Source: Octopus sinensis
Lineage: Eukaryota
Direction of reading: 5' to 3'
Assembly (NCBI RefSeq): GCF_006345805.1
Contig: NC_042997.1
Location: 49,042,001 to 49,106,000 of the forward strand
DNA: 64,000 nt
Shown here: one piece after another, positions 26,063 through 38,695 of the stretch
Layout: the number at the start of each line of letters is the position of its first letter
Numbering within the stretch: the stretch's first letter is position 1
Program-made: the position numbers and the translations under genes
Notes under the pieces: generated by a model
What the model was told of the DNA's origin: nothing
The model's database searches: none
What the model saw: only the letters and a program-made list of their open reading frames with translations

Positions 26063-26685
26063 GCGCCCTTTTAAAGCCTAGACAGGCTGGTGGGCCCGGT
26101 TTCCCGGTTTCAATGGCGTATGTGTTCCCCAGCTGGACGGGACACAAGTCCATCGCAGCGCTACTCATTTTTTGCCAGCTGAGTGGACTGGAACAACGTG
26201 AAATGAAGTGTTTTGCTCAAGAACACAACGCGTCGCCCGGTCCAGGAATCGAAACCACAATCTTACGATCAGGATGCTTACACCCTAACCACTAAGCCAC
26301 GCGCCTCCACAATGTTTGACATACTGATATGATATTGTATCGTGCTTCTAAAAATATACTACATAGGTAGTAGAGGGTAAATGCCCTCTTCAGTCAAAAA
26401 TGACCATGGGATTGCACCTAGAAAGTTACCCTCTGAAGCACAAGTTCGGCAGGGTTGTTTATGGAAGAACAGCAGTCACCCAAGCATACCAGCCTCTTCC
26501 CCTATCCACGCTACCGATGTTATCCAAGGGAAAGGCAAAAGGGGCCGAACAGCTTGGCACCTGTGACGTCGCAACTCATTTCTACAGCTGAGTGGACTGG
26601 AGCAACGTGAAATAAAGTTTCTTACTCAAGGACTCAACATACAACCCGGTCCGCGAATCGAACTCACTACCTCTAACCACTAAGG
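26063..26685 (-). mobile_element. Two SINEs sharing the family C central domain
   Basis: 26063-26310 (variant tail) and 26375-26685 (family C). Confidence 0.82.
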
Positions 26686-26721
26686 TGGTATGTATCATCT
26701 ATGTCATGAGAATTATAGATA

Positions 26722-26942
26722 GAGTAATCCCTCGACTATAGCGGGTGTTACGTTCTAACCCCACCCCGCGATAGGTGAAAATCCGCGAAGTAGAAACAGT
26801 ACTGTACTGTATATTTTTTTTTTATTTTATAATTTTTATATATTTATTTTATTATAAATACAAAACAAAACCACGGAGGAATCGACGTAAGCTTAAATAA
26901 TAAACCGCGATAAGTGAACCGCGATATGGCGAGGGATTACTG
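26722..26942. mobile_element. pogo/Tigger-type MITE
   Basis: TIR gagtaatccctcgactatagcgg / ccgcgatatggcgagggattactg, with a TA flank. Confidence 0.75.
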
Positions 26943-27107
26943 CATTCCTCTCCAAATATATTCCAGCTGTAATGTTCCTATATTTTCTTCAGATATAGGA
27001 TATCAAACAAGGAGAAATTAGAAAAGATTGCTACAGAAGAGCTAAATGAGTAGTATTAAAAAGTAAGTTCCATTCTAGATACAGGAAGTATAAATACACT
27101 AAAGAAC

Positions 27108-27237
27108 TTACGAACCACATGGTTCCTGTTTCAGTCCCACTGCATGGCACCTTGGGCAAGTGTCTTCTACTATAGCCTCGGGCCGACCAAAGCCTTGTGA
27201 GTGGATTTGATAGATGGAAACTGAAAGAAGCCCGTCT

Positions 27238-27291
<54 letters not shown>

Positions 27292-27530
27292 TGTATGTGT
27301 ATATGTTTGTGTGTCTGTGTTTGTCCCCCCCCCACCTAATATCGCTTGACAACCGATGCTGGTGTGTTTACGTCCCCGTAACTTAGCGGTTCGGCAAAAG
27401 AGACCGATAGAATAAGTACTAGGCTTACAAAGAATAAGTCCTAGGGTCGATTTGCTCGACTAAAGGCGGTGCCCCAGCATGGCCACAATCAAATGACTGA
27501 AACAAGTAAAAAAAAAAAGGAGTAAGAGTA
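27108..27530 (+). mobile_element. SINE family A, slightly 5'-truncated
   Basis: Body and tail match 35641-36045. Confidence 0.88.
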
Positions 27531-27909
27531 AACAGTTTCGACATTATAAACTGGAAGTTGAGTGAGTTGAACGCTTAGATGGAAAACGCAACTAAGAAAA
27601 TAGCGACAGTTTTCCGAAGCAATCGCTCTAAGCAGATATAGATAACACATAGAGAAGACGTGGCTTGATACAAATAGGGAACTTCTACAAACTAACAATG
27701 AAAGAGTTATAGATGTAATTAAAAACCAAACTCACTTGTATAGACACACGTACATATACAGAAAACTTTGTATATACACTACGGGGATATACTTGCATAG
27801 CAAGTGACCTGATCTGAGATCGTGTGCTGGAACGAAAACAATTGCAGCGTGGAAGGTGTTTGTAAACCATTAAGAAACACACAAAACCGTTAGATTCACT
27901 TCAACCCGT

Positions 27910-28090
27910 TTGAAAGGGCTAGGGTCAGACACTTTCCTCTTTGGCCAAGGCCTCATCAACTTTTTCAAGTTTCACTTGAAAAGGAAGATGAGAGTAGAGA
28001 GGGAAGTGATGTCTGATGGCAAGTTTATTGAAAGGTAGGTGAATGTCGCAAGAATGGCCAGTATGAACGGACCAATTCTGAGGATACACC
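27910..28090 (+). mobile_element. Tx1/L1-clade LINE 3' end fragment
   Basis: GQGLINFFKFHLKRKMRVEREVMSDGKFIER*VNVARM; homologous to 30550-30650. Confidence 0.6.
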
Positions 28091-28905
28091 TGTGAGAATT
28101 AAAAGGAAATATAAAAGGAGAAATGAGCTCTCTAGAAATGAGATGCAGATTCATAAAATTTGGTACTTTTCTATTCAGATTTTAGACTGTGTTAATTACT
28201 TTGGTAAAAAAGATAATAGTGTTTTACTTCCCGTTTGCAACATAATCTAAAACTTTAAACTTAATCAAAGATGTTATTTACAATGGCAAACCATAAAATG
28301 ATTGACTGATGTGATGTATTGTTAACATTGGTACTTCTACATTGACATTAGGATCATTTTTACAAATATCCATCCTTCCTTGATCAAGCCGTTAGCAACT
28401 AAACCGGTATCCCCACTAGCCCGGTGGTGAGGGTTGATAAAATATCAGCAGAACAAAATGAATCTTGTCGTCAAAAGGACGGATGAATCCAACATAGCAT
28501 CAACGACTGTCTAGCAATGGATATATCCGAGATGGAGAATAAGTATTTTGTAAAATAAGCTTAGGTTTTGATGGACCCCTGAATGTTGTTATTCAAATTG
28601 CTCACTCAAAATCTAGTGTGCCTCTGCTCCAGAATCCGACAGCTACTTGTGACCTTAGTCTCTCTCTAAGTAGATATTCTACGGCATGCTAGAATAAAGC
28701 GTACCACCACATTACCTTCTGTGGCTTGGCTGGTTCTTTCTGACGGTTAGAATATATGGCTTGACAGGACTGGGGTTCCTATCATCAAATTACTCAAAAA
28801 AGGGCTTGGGAACACGCATCAAAATGATGCAAACACAGAGAAAAATCGACAAATTCCGATAAAGCATAAACAGAAATAGTTATTTATGTTGCATGACTAC
28901 TTTTA

Positions 28906-28938
28906 TTAAATGTTTTCCTCGAATGAGAGAGCTGGTTT
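28906..28938 (-). CDS. Candidate terminal coding exon of unidentified gene (4 of 4)
   Basis: Acceptor ttttttcccctttgttAG, phase 0, KPALSFEENI*. The stop codon overlaps AATAAA (28902-28907). Confidence 0.35.
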   Translation of the reverse strand, partial: KPALSFEENI

Positions 28939-29040
28939 CTAACAAAGGGGAAAAAAGCTCTGGAATTTGGATGACAGTAGCGTTAATTGTTAATTATCTA
29001 ACTTTAAGGAAGTTTTGCAAATTTTTGCTTTTCCACTTAC

Positions 29041-29137
29041 AGATTGTAAAGTTCGTGTTAACCGGTCTCTTTCCAGACCCGAAAAACCATTCTTTTCCAG
29101 ATTGTTTTTTAGACATTTACTGACATTGTCAATTGCA
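29041..29137 (-). CDS. Candidate exon of unidentified gene (3 of 4)
   Basis: Acceptor cttttgtatctttaatcattAG with upstream ctcac, donor TCT|GTAAGT, 97 nt, phase 2 to 0, only one open frame: AIDNVSKCLKNNLEKNGFSGLERDRLTRTLQS. Confidence 0.45.
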
Positions 29138-29259
29138 CTAATGATTAAAGATACAAAAGTGAGTTTACTATCAAGATAGAGGTTTAGAAACAGCTGTCCA
29201 TAAATATTCTCCTTCTGACTAATATTGAAAGACATGTTCACATCTGCCGGGCTGCTAAC

Positions 29260-29341
29260 CTTTGTGGCCATGCATGATTTTTCTTTCCCATCTCCCGAAT
29301 ACCTATATCAGTCCTGTCATGTTTCCTCTTGGAAAAATGAT
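29260..29341 (-). CDS. Candidate exon of unidentified gene (2 of 4)
   Basis: Acceptor gtattctcctcAG, donor AAAG|GTTAGC, 82 nt, phase 1 to 2, only one open frame: (N)HFSKRKHDRTDIGIREMGKKNHAWPQ(S). Confidence 0.4.
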
Positions 29342-29594
29342 CTGAGGAGAATACATTCCCCCAATATTTCTTGTATTGATATGTATTCATTAACAGAGAT
29401 GTTGTTTATATTTATCGCAAGACAACCCTTTCAGGGGATAATACTGTTTATTGTTTAGCCACAACACCATGTCGTAGTGGAGGATAGTACATAGAAGATA
29501 TTTTTGGACACATGCTGATTATATGTATTATGTTTCCTATTGAAGAGATACTAAATGAAATGTGCGGTGCATTTTGAGAGCTTAAGCGCCTCAC

Positions 29595-29701
29595 TGTCCC
29601 CTTGGTTCATTAGGTATTGCATAAATGTCTCCTGCTCTTGAATTGAAAACGCACAACCTTCCAAATGTCGTGTAATGTAATGGTCACAAATCCAAGTGAG
29701 G
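29595..29701 (-). CDS. Candidate exon of unidentified gene (1 of 4)
   Basis: AG at 29702-29703, donor A|GTGAGG, 107 nt, phase 2 to 1, only one open frame: LTWICDHYITRHLEGCAFSIQEQETFMQYLMNQGD. Confidence 0.42.
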
Positions 29702-29773
29702 CTACATATGATATATGTATGTATGTAGAGTGTGTGTGTGTATATATATATATTATTATTACCATTATCTTTA

Positions 29774-29799
<26 letters not shown>

Positions 29800-29811
<12 letters not shown>

Positions 29812-30350
29812 GAGTGAGAGAGCAGTGCATGCCATTAAAGTGACATGGGGTAAATATACGAAGCCCAGTATACCCATCATGACTACCCGTGATAAGGGTA
29901 CACCAGGCACATACATCACAACCATCACATGCGCGATTTGGTGATCTCATATCGAGATAAACAGCGCATGACCTTGCAGGTGGGGCCCAGTTAAGAATTT
30001 TCTTCAGGTCGAATAACCCATCCCGCTCAAAAGGTCCCTGAATAAGGGTTATTTAAGGAAGATGAACGAAACACCCATGTTTCCAGAGGTGAATTACTCA
30101 AACGATTCCTTTCAACACATGGCTATGATGCTTCCCCACTACTTCTGCTCGTGATCAGAGATGCACATATCGTCAGACACTAAAGGACATGCTCAACTGG
30201 TTAAAGTCAAACAACTGACAAGCAAATCTGTGGTATAGAGTTGAATATTTGCTGTAGCCCATCTTTTATACCAAGACAAAACAATGTACATGATAACACT
30301 TCCAATCAGTTAAGATCAGATGCCATGAGAGCCACTGCCTCGTACTGCTA
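29800..30350 (-). mobile_element. About 550-bp interspersed retroposon with (AAT)n tail
   Basis: Ends in a (TTA)n tract at 29750-29810; recognised as a common octopus repeat from memory only. Confidence 0.55.
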
Positions 30351-30369
30351 TTACTGATGTCGAACAGCT

Positions 30370-30900
30370 GCTGTCACGTGTGGGACGGATCTGTCTATCG
30401 GCCGAGTCCATAGTGATGACTGCCCCGCCGCACTCCTTTAATCGGGCAAGCAAGGCAGTTTTCCTTTGCCTAGTGACTAGCGAAAACCGTTGTCTGGTGG
30501 ACGAAGGTGAAAGGCATGAGGACAGATACGTTCCTCTGAGATAGAGGTCTCATGGACTTTCTGAAGTTCCACTTGAAAACGAAATTGAGGGTGGAGAGGG
30601 GAGTGCTGTCCTCGAGTGAGTTTCTTGAAAGGTGGGTTGAAAGTTGCGAAAATGGCAAGAGTGGTTTGTACCCCTCTAAGTATAGACTTGTGAGTCGGAG
30701 AAAAGGAATTGGAGAGAGCACTTGCCCTTGGTGTTCAGGGAGATCTTGGACGGTGGGTTTTCTCAGTTATTCCTAGAGGTCATCCTGTATCAGGATCACT
30801 ACATCACTATCATTCCCCACCAACATTTTTATTTTTACTTTTGTATACTATGTATATTTCCCTTCCTTTTCATTGTATATCGTGTATGCTTACTATTTTT
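30370..30900 (+). mobile_element. Tx1/L1-clade LINE 3' end fragment
   Basis: KTVVWWTKVKG...MDFLKFHLKTKLRVERGVLSSSEFLERWV, followed by a T-rich 3'UTR. Confidence 0.6.
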
Positions 30901-30909
30901 CTTTTGTTA

Positions 30910-31431
30910 CCGTAAATCCTCGAGTATAATCCGCATTTTTTCCTCCAAAATTTAAAGGTCAAAATCCCTAGTGCGTACTATATACGAGGTTAAAAATGAA
31001 AAATATTTTCTAAGCAATGTCCGAGTCACTGTTTGCTGTCCGTCAATGTTTATTCAGACGCATATTGTGATGTCGGGCGCGGAAATACCTTAAGCTAAAT
31101 CTGAAAGCAATGAAGTCATAAAAGAATCATCCACAACTTGAAGTAAGCAACATTTATTAAAATAAAAGTATTCAGAACACAGAATAACATGTAACAAAAG
31201 CAATTAGCAAACATATTTACATTCCCATATAACAACTGAGAACATCACCATTATTGTATTACGCATGCACGGAAGTGTTTGTTCGACTGGGTGCTGCTGG
31301 CTTAATTATACACGACTCAAGTTAGAGAAAGGGTGCGTATTATACACAAGGTTTAGTTTTTCAGAAGTACAGCCCCCTGAAATTCCCCTGCGTATTATAC
31401 TCAAGGGCGGACTATACTCAAGGATATACGG
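30910..31431. mobile_element. pogo/Tigger-type MITE
   Basis: TA|CCGTAAATCCTCGAGTATAATCCGC ... GCGGACTATACTCAAGGATATACGG|TA. Confidence 0.8.
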
Positions 31432-31894
31432 TATTTATTTTATCATTTCATTATATGTAAACCTCAACGCTTTGTGTCTGTTTTGGTATTGTTCCCCTCC
31501 TTCTCCGTGCTGGTGGCAGCTAAATGAAATCAATATTATTGCTATTGTTTTTGTTGTTGTTAATATTATTACTTAATATCTGCTTGATTCGTCCCAATGC
31601 AACATGAAGTTGCGTAGCCTCACCAAACGATCTTATCTCGTTGGTTTAGGCAACCGAATGCAGAGATTGAGGAAGTTCGAGATTGTTACTGGAGATTGGT
31701 CAAGTCGAGTCATATGGCGCTGTTGATATTGGTATTGAAACATCAGCGGCATCACATAGAAGACTCAATCTGCATTTCTCGGATTCTGTGGTCGGAAGGA
31801 TGTTGGTGGCGCCTCGCTGTGTAGGCAATACTGTGAGAATCTTTAGCGACATCAGCTTCCATTATGGGCTTGTGTGTGGGAAGTAGTATACGTG

Positions 31895-32000
31895 CTGCAT
31901 GAGTGCGTGTATGTATGTATGTATGTATGTATGTATGTATGTATGCATGTATGTATGTATGTATGTATGTACGTACGTACGTACATATGTATAGATAGAT

Positions 32001-32080
<80 letters not shown>
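31895..32080. repeat. (TATG)n-(GATA)n-(CATA)n tetranucleotide block
   Basis: Directly visible; other (GATA)n tracts at 17862-17907 and 50000-50058. Confidence 0.95.
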
Positions 32081-32082
<2 letters not shown>

Positions 32083-32192
32083 GTATGGTTATATATGTAT
32101 ACTCGTTTAAATGTATACAAGTATAGTGTGTACGAATGTGTGACGGAGGGACAAAGAGACAGACAGGCTCAACGTGTGTGTGTGTGTGTGTG

Positions 32193-32233
<41 letters not shown>

Positions 32234-32684
32234 TAATGACTATTAACAAAGAAGATACAAGTTGTTTCGGTGCCACCATCTTAATAATCTAATCTAAAAG
32301 AAACAGAGGCAGGGCCATTAATGTCATACCAATAATTAAAGCACTTATCAAATCCGATACATTAGTATTTACTTTGTTATTGGAAACCATTTTATTATAA
32401 AAGTCATTAATAATTATCGAAGATGACTCTACGCTCAACAGATTCTTCTGGACTATAGTGTGACGAGTTTTATTGGCAAAACTTAAGAAAATTTGTATTT
32501 ATATTAAATGATTAATAATATAATGTGACATTACAGCTTTTCTTAAAATTATTAGCGGCGTCAGAAATAAGATGTTTCAGCTCAAAATTGAAAGTGGGTT
32601 GCGAACTAAGTTGAATAAGATTTAACCCAGCAATACGCTCACCCCAATATAGATTTTCATATGATAAAATATATATTTCTTTAC

Positions 32685-32898
32685 TACCCACAAGGGGCTA
32701 AACATAGAGGGGACAGACAAAGGGATTAAGTCGATTACATCGACCCCAGTGCGAAACTGGTACTTTATTTATCGACCCCGAAAGGAAGAAAGACAAAGTC
32801 AACCTCGGCGGAATTCGAACTCATAACGTAACGACAGACGAAATACCGCTAAGCATTTCGCCCTGCGCGCTAACGTTTATGCCAGCGCGCCGCCTTAT
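32685..32898 (-). mobile_element. SINE family B, full length
   Basis: Near-consensus copy. Confidence 0.85.
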
Positions 32899-33060
32899 GA
32901 TAAAGCTCGCCATATGATAAAATATATACCCGTAAAGAAGAGGAAGTACTGCTACATTCTGGTCTATAGACACAGAATTGAATATTTTGCTTTATTTCTA
33001 ACATTGCTTGAAAAGGTATGACGATCGAGTTACTCGTTTTTCTCTTACATATGTGTGTTT

Positions 33061-33106
<46 letters not shown>

Positions 33107-33323
33107 TTGTCTACACATATCCGCATCTATACATGTATATAAATTTATGTATGTATGCATGCTAGTATATATATAGATGATATATGTATGATATACGTAT
33201 ATACATGATATACAAATATGTATATGTATATATGTATGTGTATGAGTATTTTATGTGTGTGCGTATATATAAGTATGTTTGTATGTGTTTATGCGTGTAT
33301 GTGTATGTATATATATATATATA

Positions 33324-34685
33324 CTTGCTGACGTACCCGGTGATTCCCGGCATAGCAGGGCTTATCCCTTGGTTCCGTTCTCATAATTGGTTCGCTAATC
33401 CAATAACAGCAATACAAGGTATGTGGCCCTTAAAATGGTTTTTGTGCATTTACAGAGAATACCGAACTGTCTTAGACAGGATTTTGTTTTTAGAAATTCC
33501 CAATAAGTTACGAATACCCAAATTGTGAAGTCAATTATGTAATAACCAAATGTTACCTTTGAATCCTTTCTAGATGTCCTCTGCTATGCTGGTTTTGTGG
33601 ATCGCCCAAAGCTTGGAGGTTTACGCAAGCCACATGTCATCAACATGATAGAAAATAGCTGACGCAGTTGACTTAGTGCTGTACTAACAGCTGCCGCCTC
33701 CAGTGTCTGGTCCCAGTGAGCATCGTCCTCCAGTAGTCCATGTTTGGCGCAGGCTTCTCTATAGGTTGTGCAGGCTCCCCATTGTGTCTTCGAAAGTCTG
33801 TGAATGATGTAGGACCTCTGACAGTGTGTAGCAGTAGATGCAGAAAGAAGCACTCCTACTGATTAGGATGCACACTGTACACACGCCCTAATGCCCCACT
33901 TCTGAAGACAGCATCTTCTTCCCAACCCTGAATGCATGTTCCTTGCTTGCGTTTGTTCCATCTATTGTGTCCCCAGGTATAGTACACGGGGGCCTCTACA
34001 TACAACAGTGTTTGGGCAAACAGATCACGCTGGTATAATTTGAAGAAAGCTGTCAAAGTGGTTTCTCATGGATTCAGAACTACGTTTCAAGTATTGTCTT
34101 CTGTGAAATATACACGATCGCCGTTTTCAAGATGTACGGATAGATTTTAAGGTGTTCCTACATGTAAACAGGCTGTGACCTTTCTGTTGACAGTGCATTT
34201 GTCTAAAAGAAGAAGAGTTCTTCCTGCAGCGCTTGCCAATTGGCTGAAGTGACATGAAAGGCATCGTCATACATGTTATATTCGTGAATAAGTCACTAAC
34301 CGAAATAAGTGGATCTATTGTTTAGGAAAATACTATTTATTTGTTTAAAGGTTGTACTGGATAAATTGCGAAAATAACTCTAACAGTTCATATACTAAGA
34401 AATAAGCATACTGAATTTGATTTATACCAAATTATATAGGAAAATGAATGGGTTATTTCCCTTGGCTGTTAAAATAAAATATATTAGTTATATATATGGA
34501 TCTTTTCCAGGGACCCTATTATCGATGTTTTCAACAATCTGAGTATGCCATGAGGTTTCCAGACATGAGTTCTACTCACATATCAAGTTTCGTCAAAATC
34601 GATAAAACGATGTAGGAAAAGGTAGCTAACAACCCCGCAAACAAACACATCCACAGACAGAATTTCCCACATATGTAGTGTATAT
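33324..34685 (-). mobile_element. Internally deleted Helitron with RepHel fragment
   Basis: 33590-34270 gives TAFFKLYQRDLFAQTLLYVEAPVYYTW...ALGRVYSVHPNQ and TYREACAKHGLLEDDAHWDQTL...QLRQLFSIM. 3' hairpin and CTAG-like end (CAAG) at 33324; 5' TC-like end near 34685. Confidence 0.88.
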
Positions 34686-34763
34686 ATATATTGGTAAAAA
34701 CGGTAAGATAACAAAAGAAAGAAAGAGACCTCAATACTATGTAAATAGAGGAAATTTATCTGT

Positions 34764-34852
34764 AAAATAATATGTGACAATTATACGGTAGCCAAGATAA
34801 AACTCTCAAGTTTCATCTTGGCTACCGAATAATTGTCACATAATATTTTAAA
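34764..34852. repeat. Short foldback hairpin
   Basis: tatgtgacaattatacggtagccaagataaaac / gtttcatcttggctaccgaataattgtcacata. Confidence 0.75.
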
Positions 34853-35035
34853 GATATATATATATATATATATATGATGTTCCGTGATAGAAAATTCAAC
34901 AAAAAAAGTACTCCATCTGGAGGGGCACAATACATGTCTTTTTTTTTAACCTTCGCGTTTTCTCTATGCTGCCTTCTCAGTTTTTCGCGTTTCTTCTCTT
35001 ATTCAATTTTTTTAGTTCGGTATGATATATGGTTT

Positions 35036-35089
35036 GTGCCTGATGATATGTTTAAGATATTTCTCAACATACGAAACTATTAGTAGCAC
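35036..35089 (+). ncRNA. Type I hammerhead motif
   Basis: GTGC-CTGATGA-TATGTT(13-nt loop)AACATA-C-GAAA-CT(ATT)AG-TA-GCAC. GUA site, 4-bp stem I. A decayed sibling lies at 1563-1615. Confidence 0.65.
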
Positions 35090-35138
35090 TGAAAGATATA
35101 TATTGTGTCCTTTAAATAAATTATATGTATATTATATA

Positions 35139-35236
<98 letters not shown>

Positions 35237-35640
35237 CTTGTCAATACAGATACGAGTGATACATCTTTCACCATAAGTCTGCTTGATCGGGGCTAGACTT
35301 GTAAATTTGAAGAAAACTAATTGAGAGGACGTTATCAATACAGCAGGAACGTTAATGGAGTTAAAAAGCATTGCATGGGTGTCGGGTCTCTGTGTTTGCG
35401 CCTTGCAGTACGACAGTCAACACTAAGTTAAGGGAATAAACATTTGGGCATATCTGAAATATTCAACAACGGAAAATCAAGACAGCGTTACAGTTCATCA
35501 TCAAGCATGACCAACTGAAGACGTGCAACTAGTTTCAATGAATTGTATACCAAATCATAGTTACATATGGTATATCCACAAAAATGTTGAAATCTGCAAG
35601 CGCCTTGTTGACGGCCATTCTAATGAAAGTTAAACCAAAA

Positions 35641-36045
35641 TAGGAGTGGCTGTGAGGTAAGTAGCTTGCTTACCAACCACATGGTTCGGGGTTCAGTCCC
35701 ACTGCGTGGTACCTTGGGCAAGTGTCTTCTGCTATAGCCTCACCGACCAAAGCCTTGTGAGTGGATTTGGTAGACGGAAACTGAAAGAAGCCTGTCGTAT
35801 ATATGTATATATATATAAATATGTATGTGCGTGTATATGTTTGTGTGTCTGTGTTTGTCTCCCTAGCATTGCTTGACAACCGATGCTGGTGTGTTTACGT
35901 CTCCGTCACTTAGCGGTTCGGCAAAAGAGACCGATAGAATAAGTACTGGGCTTACAAAGAATAAGTCCCGGGGTCGATTTGCTCGACTAAAGGCGGTGCT
36001 CCAGCATGGCCTCAGTCAAATGACTGAAACAAGTAAAAGAATACC
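35641..36045 (+). mobile_element. tRNA-derived SINE family A, full length
   Basis: Head aggagtggctgtgaggtaagtagcttgc..ggttcagtcccactg, internal (TA)/(TG) tract, tail ggcggtgctccagcatggc..agtcaaatgactgaaac. Confidence 0.9.
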
Positions 36046-36469
36046 CAGAAAAGACACTGTATACATGTAAAGGTATGTTGGGACAATTTCTTCTAAATCT
36101 ATTCAGTGTTGTCATTACCATGAAACTTTTTCTACCATATATTATATTCATTGTTTTGTAACGCACGTCACACCTGGTAATTGAGAATTGTGACTAGACA
36201 TTGTTGTCCAACAAACTCATTAACATAACACTTTTTTGAAATTTCAAGTTCCATGCAAATAAACAGCATCAGGCCCTTTACGCTGCTCTAGAGAAATCCA
36301 GAGGAATTAGCAGTTAATATTTTCAGGGGAAAATGTTTGTCGGATCTTCTTCAACATACATTCCAGGTAAAAAACATTTTGTTTAATACTTCCCAAGTTA
36401 GTCGAACTTTATTGTAAAAGATGCATAAATAAAATTCTTGCAAATGTTCAAGTATTACAACTTAAATAT

Positions 36470-37030
36470 CCTTTTCTACTCTAGGCACAAGACCCGAAAT
36501 TTTGGAGGAGGGGACCAATCGATTAGATCGACCCCAGTATGCAACTGGTTCTTAATTTATCGACCCCGAAAGGATGATAGGCAAAGTCGACCTCGGCGGA
36601 ATTTGAACTCAGAACATAAAGACAGACGAAATACCTATTTCTATTTCTTTACTACCCACAAGGGGCTAAACACAGAGGGGACAAAAAGGACAAACAAACG
36701 GATTAAGTCGATTACATCGACCCCAGTGCGTAGCTGGTACTTATTTAATCGACCCCGAAAGGATGAAAGGCAAAGTCGACCTCGGCGGAATTTGAACTCA
36801 GAACGTAAAGACAGACGAAATACCTATTTCTATTTCTTTACTACCCACAAGGGGCTAAACACAGAGGGGACAAACAAGGACAGACAAATGGATTAAGTCG
36901 ATTATATCGAGCCCAGTGTGCAACTGGTACTTAATTTATCGACCCCGAAAGGATGAAAGGCAAAGTCGACCTCGGCGGAATTTGAACTCAGAACGGAGCG
37001 GCAGACGAAATAACGCTAATCATTTCGTCC
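36470..37030 (-). mobile_element. SINE family B trimer
   Basis: Three units with identical junctions (gaaatacc|tatttctatttc); followed by inverted family B fragments at 37030-37135 and 37281-37470. Confidence 0.85.
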
Positions 37031-37140
37031 GGCGTGCTAACAATTCTGCCAGGTTCCGCCGAAGTCGAGTGTGCCTTTTATCATTTCGGGGTCGAGTTAC
37101 GCACAGGAGTCGATGTAATCAACTAGCCTCCCCCTTGCGC

Positions 37141-37280
<140 letters not shown>

Positions 37281-38454
37281 AAGCAACGAGCTGACAGAAT
37301 CCTTAGTACGCCGGATTAAGTGCCTAGTAAGTATTTTGCTCGTCTTCACGTTCTGAGTTCAAATTCCACCTAAGTTAACTTTGCCTTTAATCCTTTTGGG
37401 GCCGGTGAAATAAGTACCAGTTTTGCACTGGGGTCGATATAATCGACTTGTATCTCTCCCGCAACATTTCTGGCTTTCACCCAAAATTTCCAAGTATCTT
37501 TTTAAAGTCAGATGTAGCAGAAGTTAAGCTCTTAAACATAATAAAAACAATGATAACGCATTCCATTTAGAAGTTATTTTGTCTGTGATTCTTCAAGTGT
37601 TCCTATTTACTGATCAGCGGATGAACATTTTCTCGTGTAAACATGTTTTTAATAAAAATTTAAAATTAAAAAGATCGGCGAAGTTTGAATTTCAAGGGAC
37701 GTTACTCCTATGAGATATTTCTTGCAAGGGAAGTAACTCATACATTCTTTTACAACCATAATGCAAACAATTATTTAAGGTGAAGATCTAATTCTTATAC
37801 AAATTAACAGCTTAACATATAAATGATATATGAAATTAATTATGTATAAAATACATTTTAGATATTTCAAAATTAAATAATTAACAGTATAATTTAGAAT
37901 TACATTAAGTTAAAATCTGTAAATTATTGCTCAGATTCAGATGTAGGTATAGCTCCATGACACCTAATTATGATTATAACAAACCTAATCGCTACAAACT
38001 GATTTTTTTTGTTTCAAATACTTTCAAATTAAAATAGACTTTAAAAAATGTAATTATCCTTATATTTTCGAATGGTTGGTGGATTCTTGGGCAGTGGTCA
38101 AGATGAACATTGAGTTGTTCGATCCAACGAGTTCCTGTTTGCAAAATTTATATGTAAATGGCTGGGTATTCCCCAGACATATGAGCACTTTAACGTAACT
38201 GTCAATTCGAATCTGCTTGACACTTTGTGACAAGGGTGGACGTTTGAATCGATCCTAATGCTTAACTAGAACTTTGTTTATCGACCTGAAAGAATAAAAG
38301 GCAAAATTGATCTCAGTGTGGTTTCAATTCAAAGTAGAGAGCCAGAAAGAATAACAAAACGCATTGTATTACTCTTCATTTAAAAGCCATTAGAATATTT
38401 TCTATGAATTGGTTTTTTTAATAAGTTATTAGGAAATTCGAGGCAAAGAAGATT

Positions 38455-38695
38455 TTTGTTTTGGAACATCGTGGTTTTGGGTTCATTCCCACAAAGCGGC
38501 ACTTTCGGCAAGTGTCTTCAACTATAGCTACGAAATAACAAAAGCCTTGTAAGTGAATTTGACAAAATTGTCTGATAGAATAGGTGCCAAACTTAAAAAT
38601 AAGCCTAGGGGTCAATTTGCTTGACAAACCCTTTTAAAAAGTTACTCTAGCGCGGCCGCAGTCCAATGACTCAAACAAATAAAATATTAAAGAGA
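38455..38695 (+). mobile_element. SINE family A, old diverged copy
   Basis: ggcaagtgtcttcaactatagc...gcggccgcagtccaatgactcaaac. Confidence 0.7.

Noticed and set aside
29043-29158. Plus-strand exon with good acceptor and GTGAGT donor (CKVRVNRSLSRPEKPFFSRLFF...)
   Set aside because: Antisense to the minus-strand chain; neighbouring plus-strand candidates are out of phase or contain stops. Not fully excluded.
31580-31885. GC-rich island with short ORFs on both strands
   Set aside because: No recognisable motif or consistent splice sites; probably an old transposon fragment.
36323-36362. 40-nt plus-strand exon (ttttcAG ... CCAG|GTAAAA)
   Set aside because: Isolated, two frames open, no partner exon.
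36470-37030. Regularly spaced repeats resembling a CRISPR-like array
   Set aside because: Units are about 180-200-bp SINE monomers with no unique spacers; eukaryotic context.
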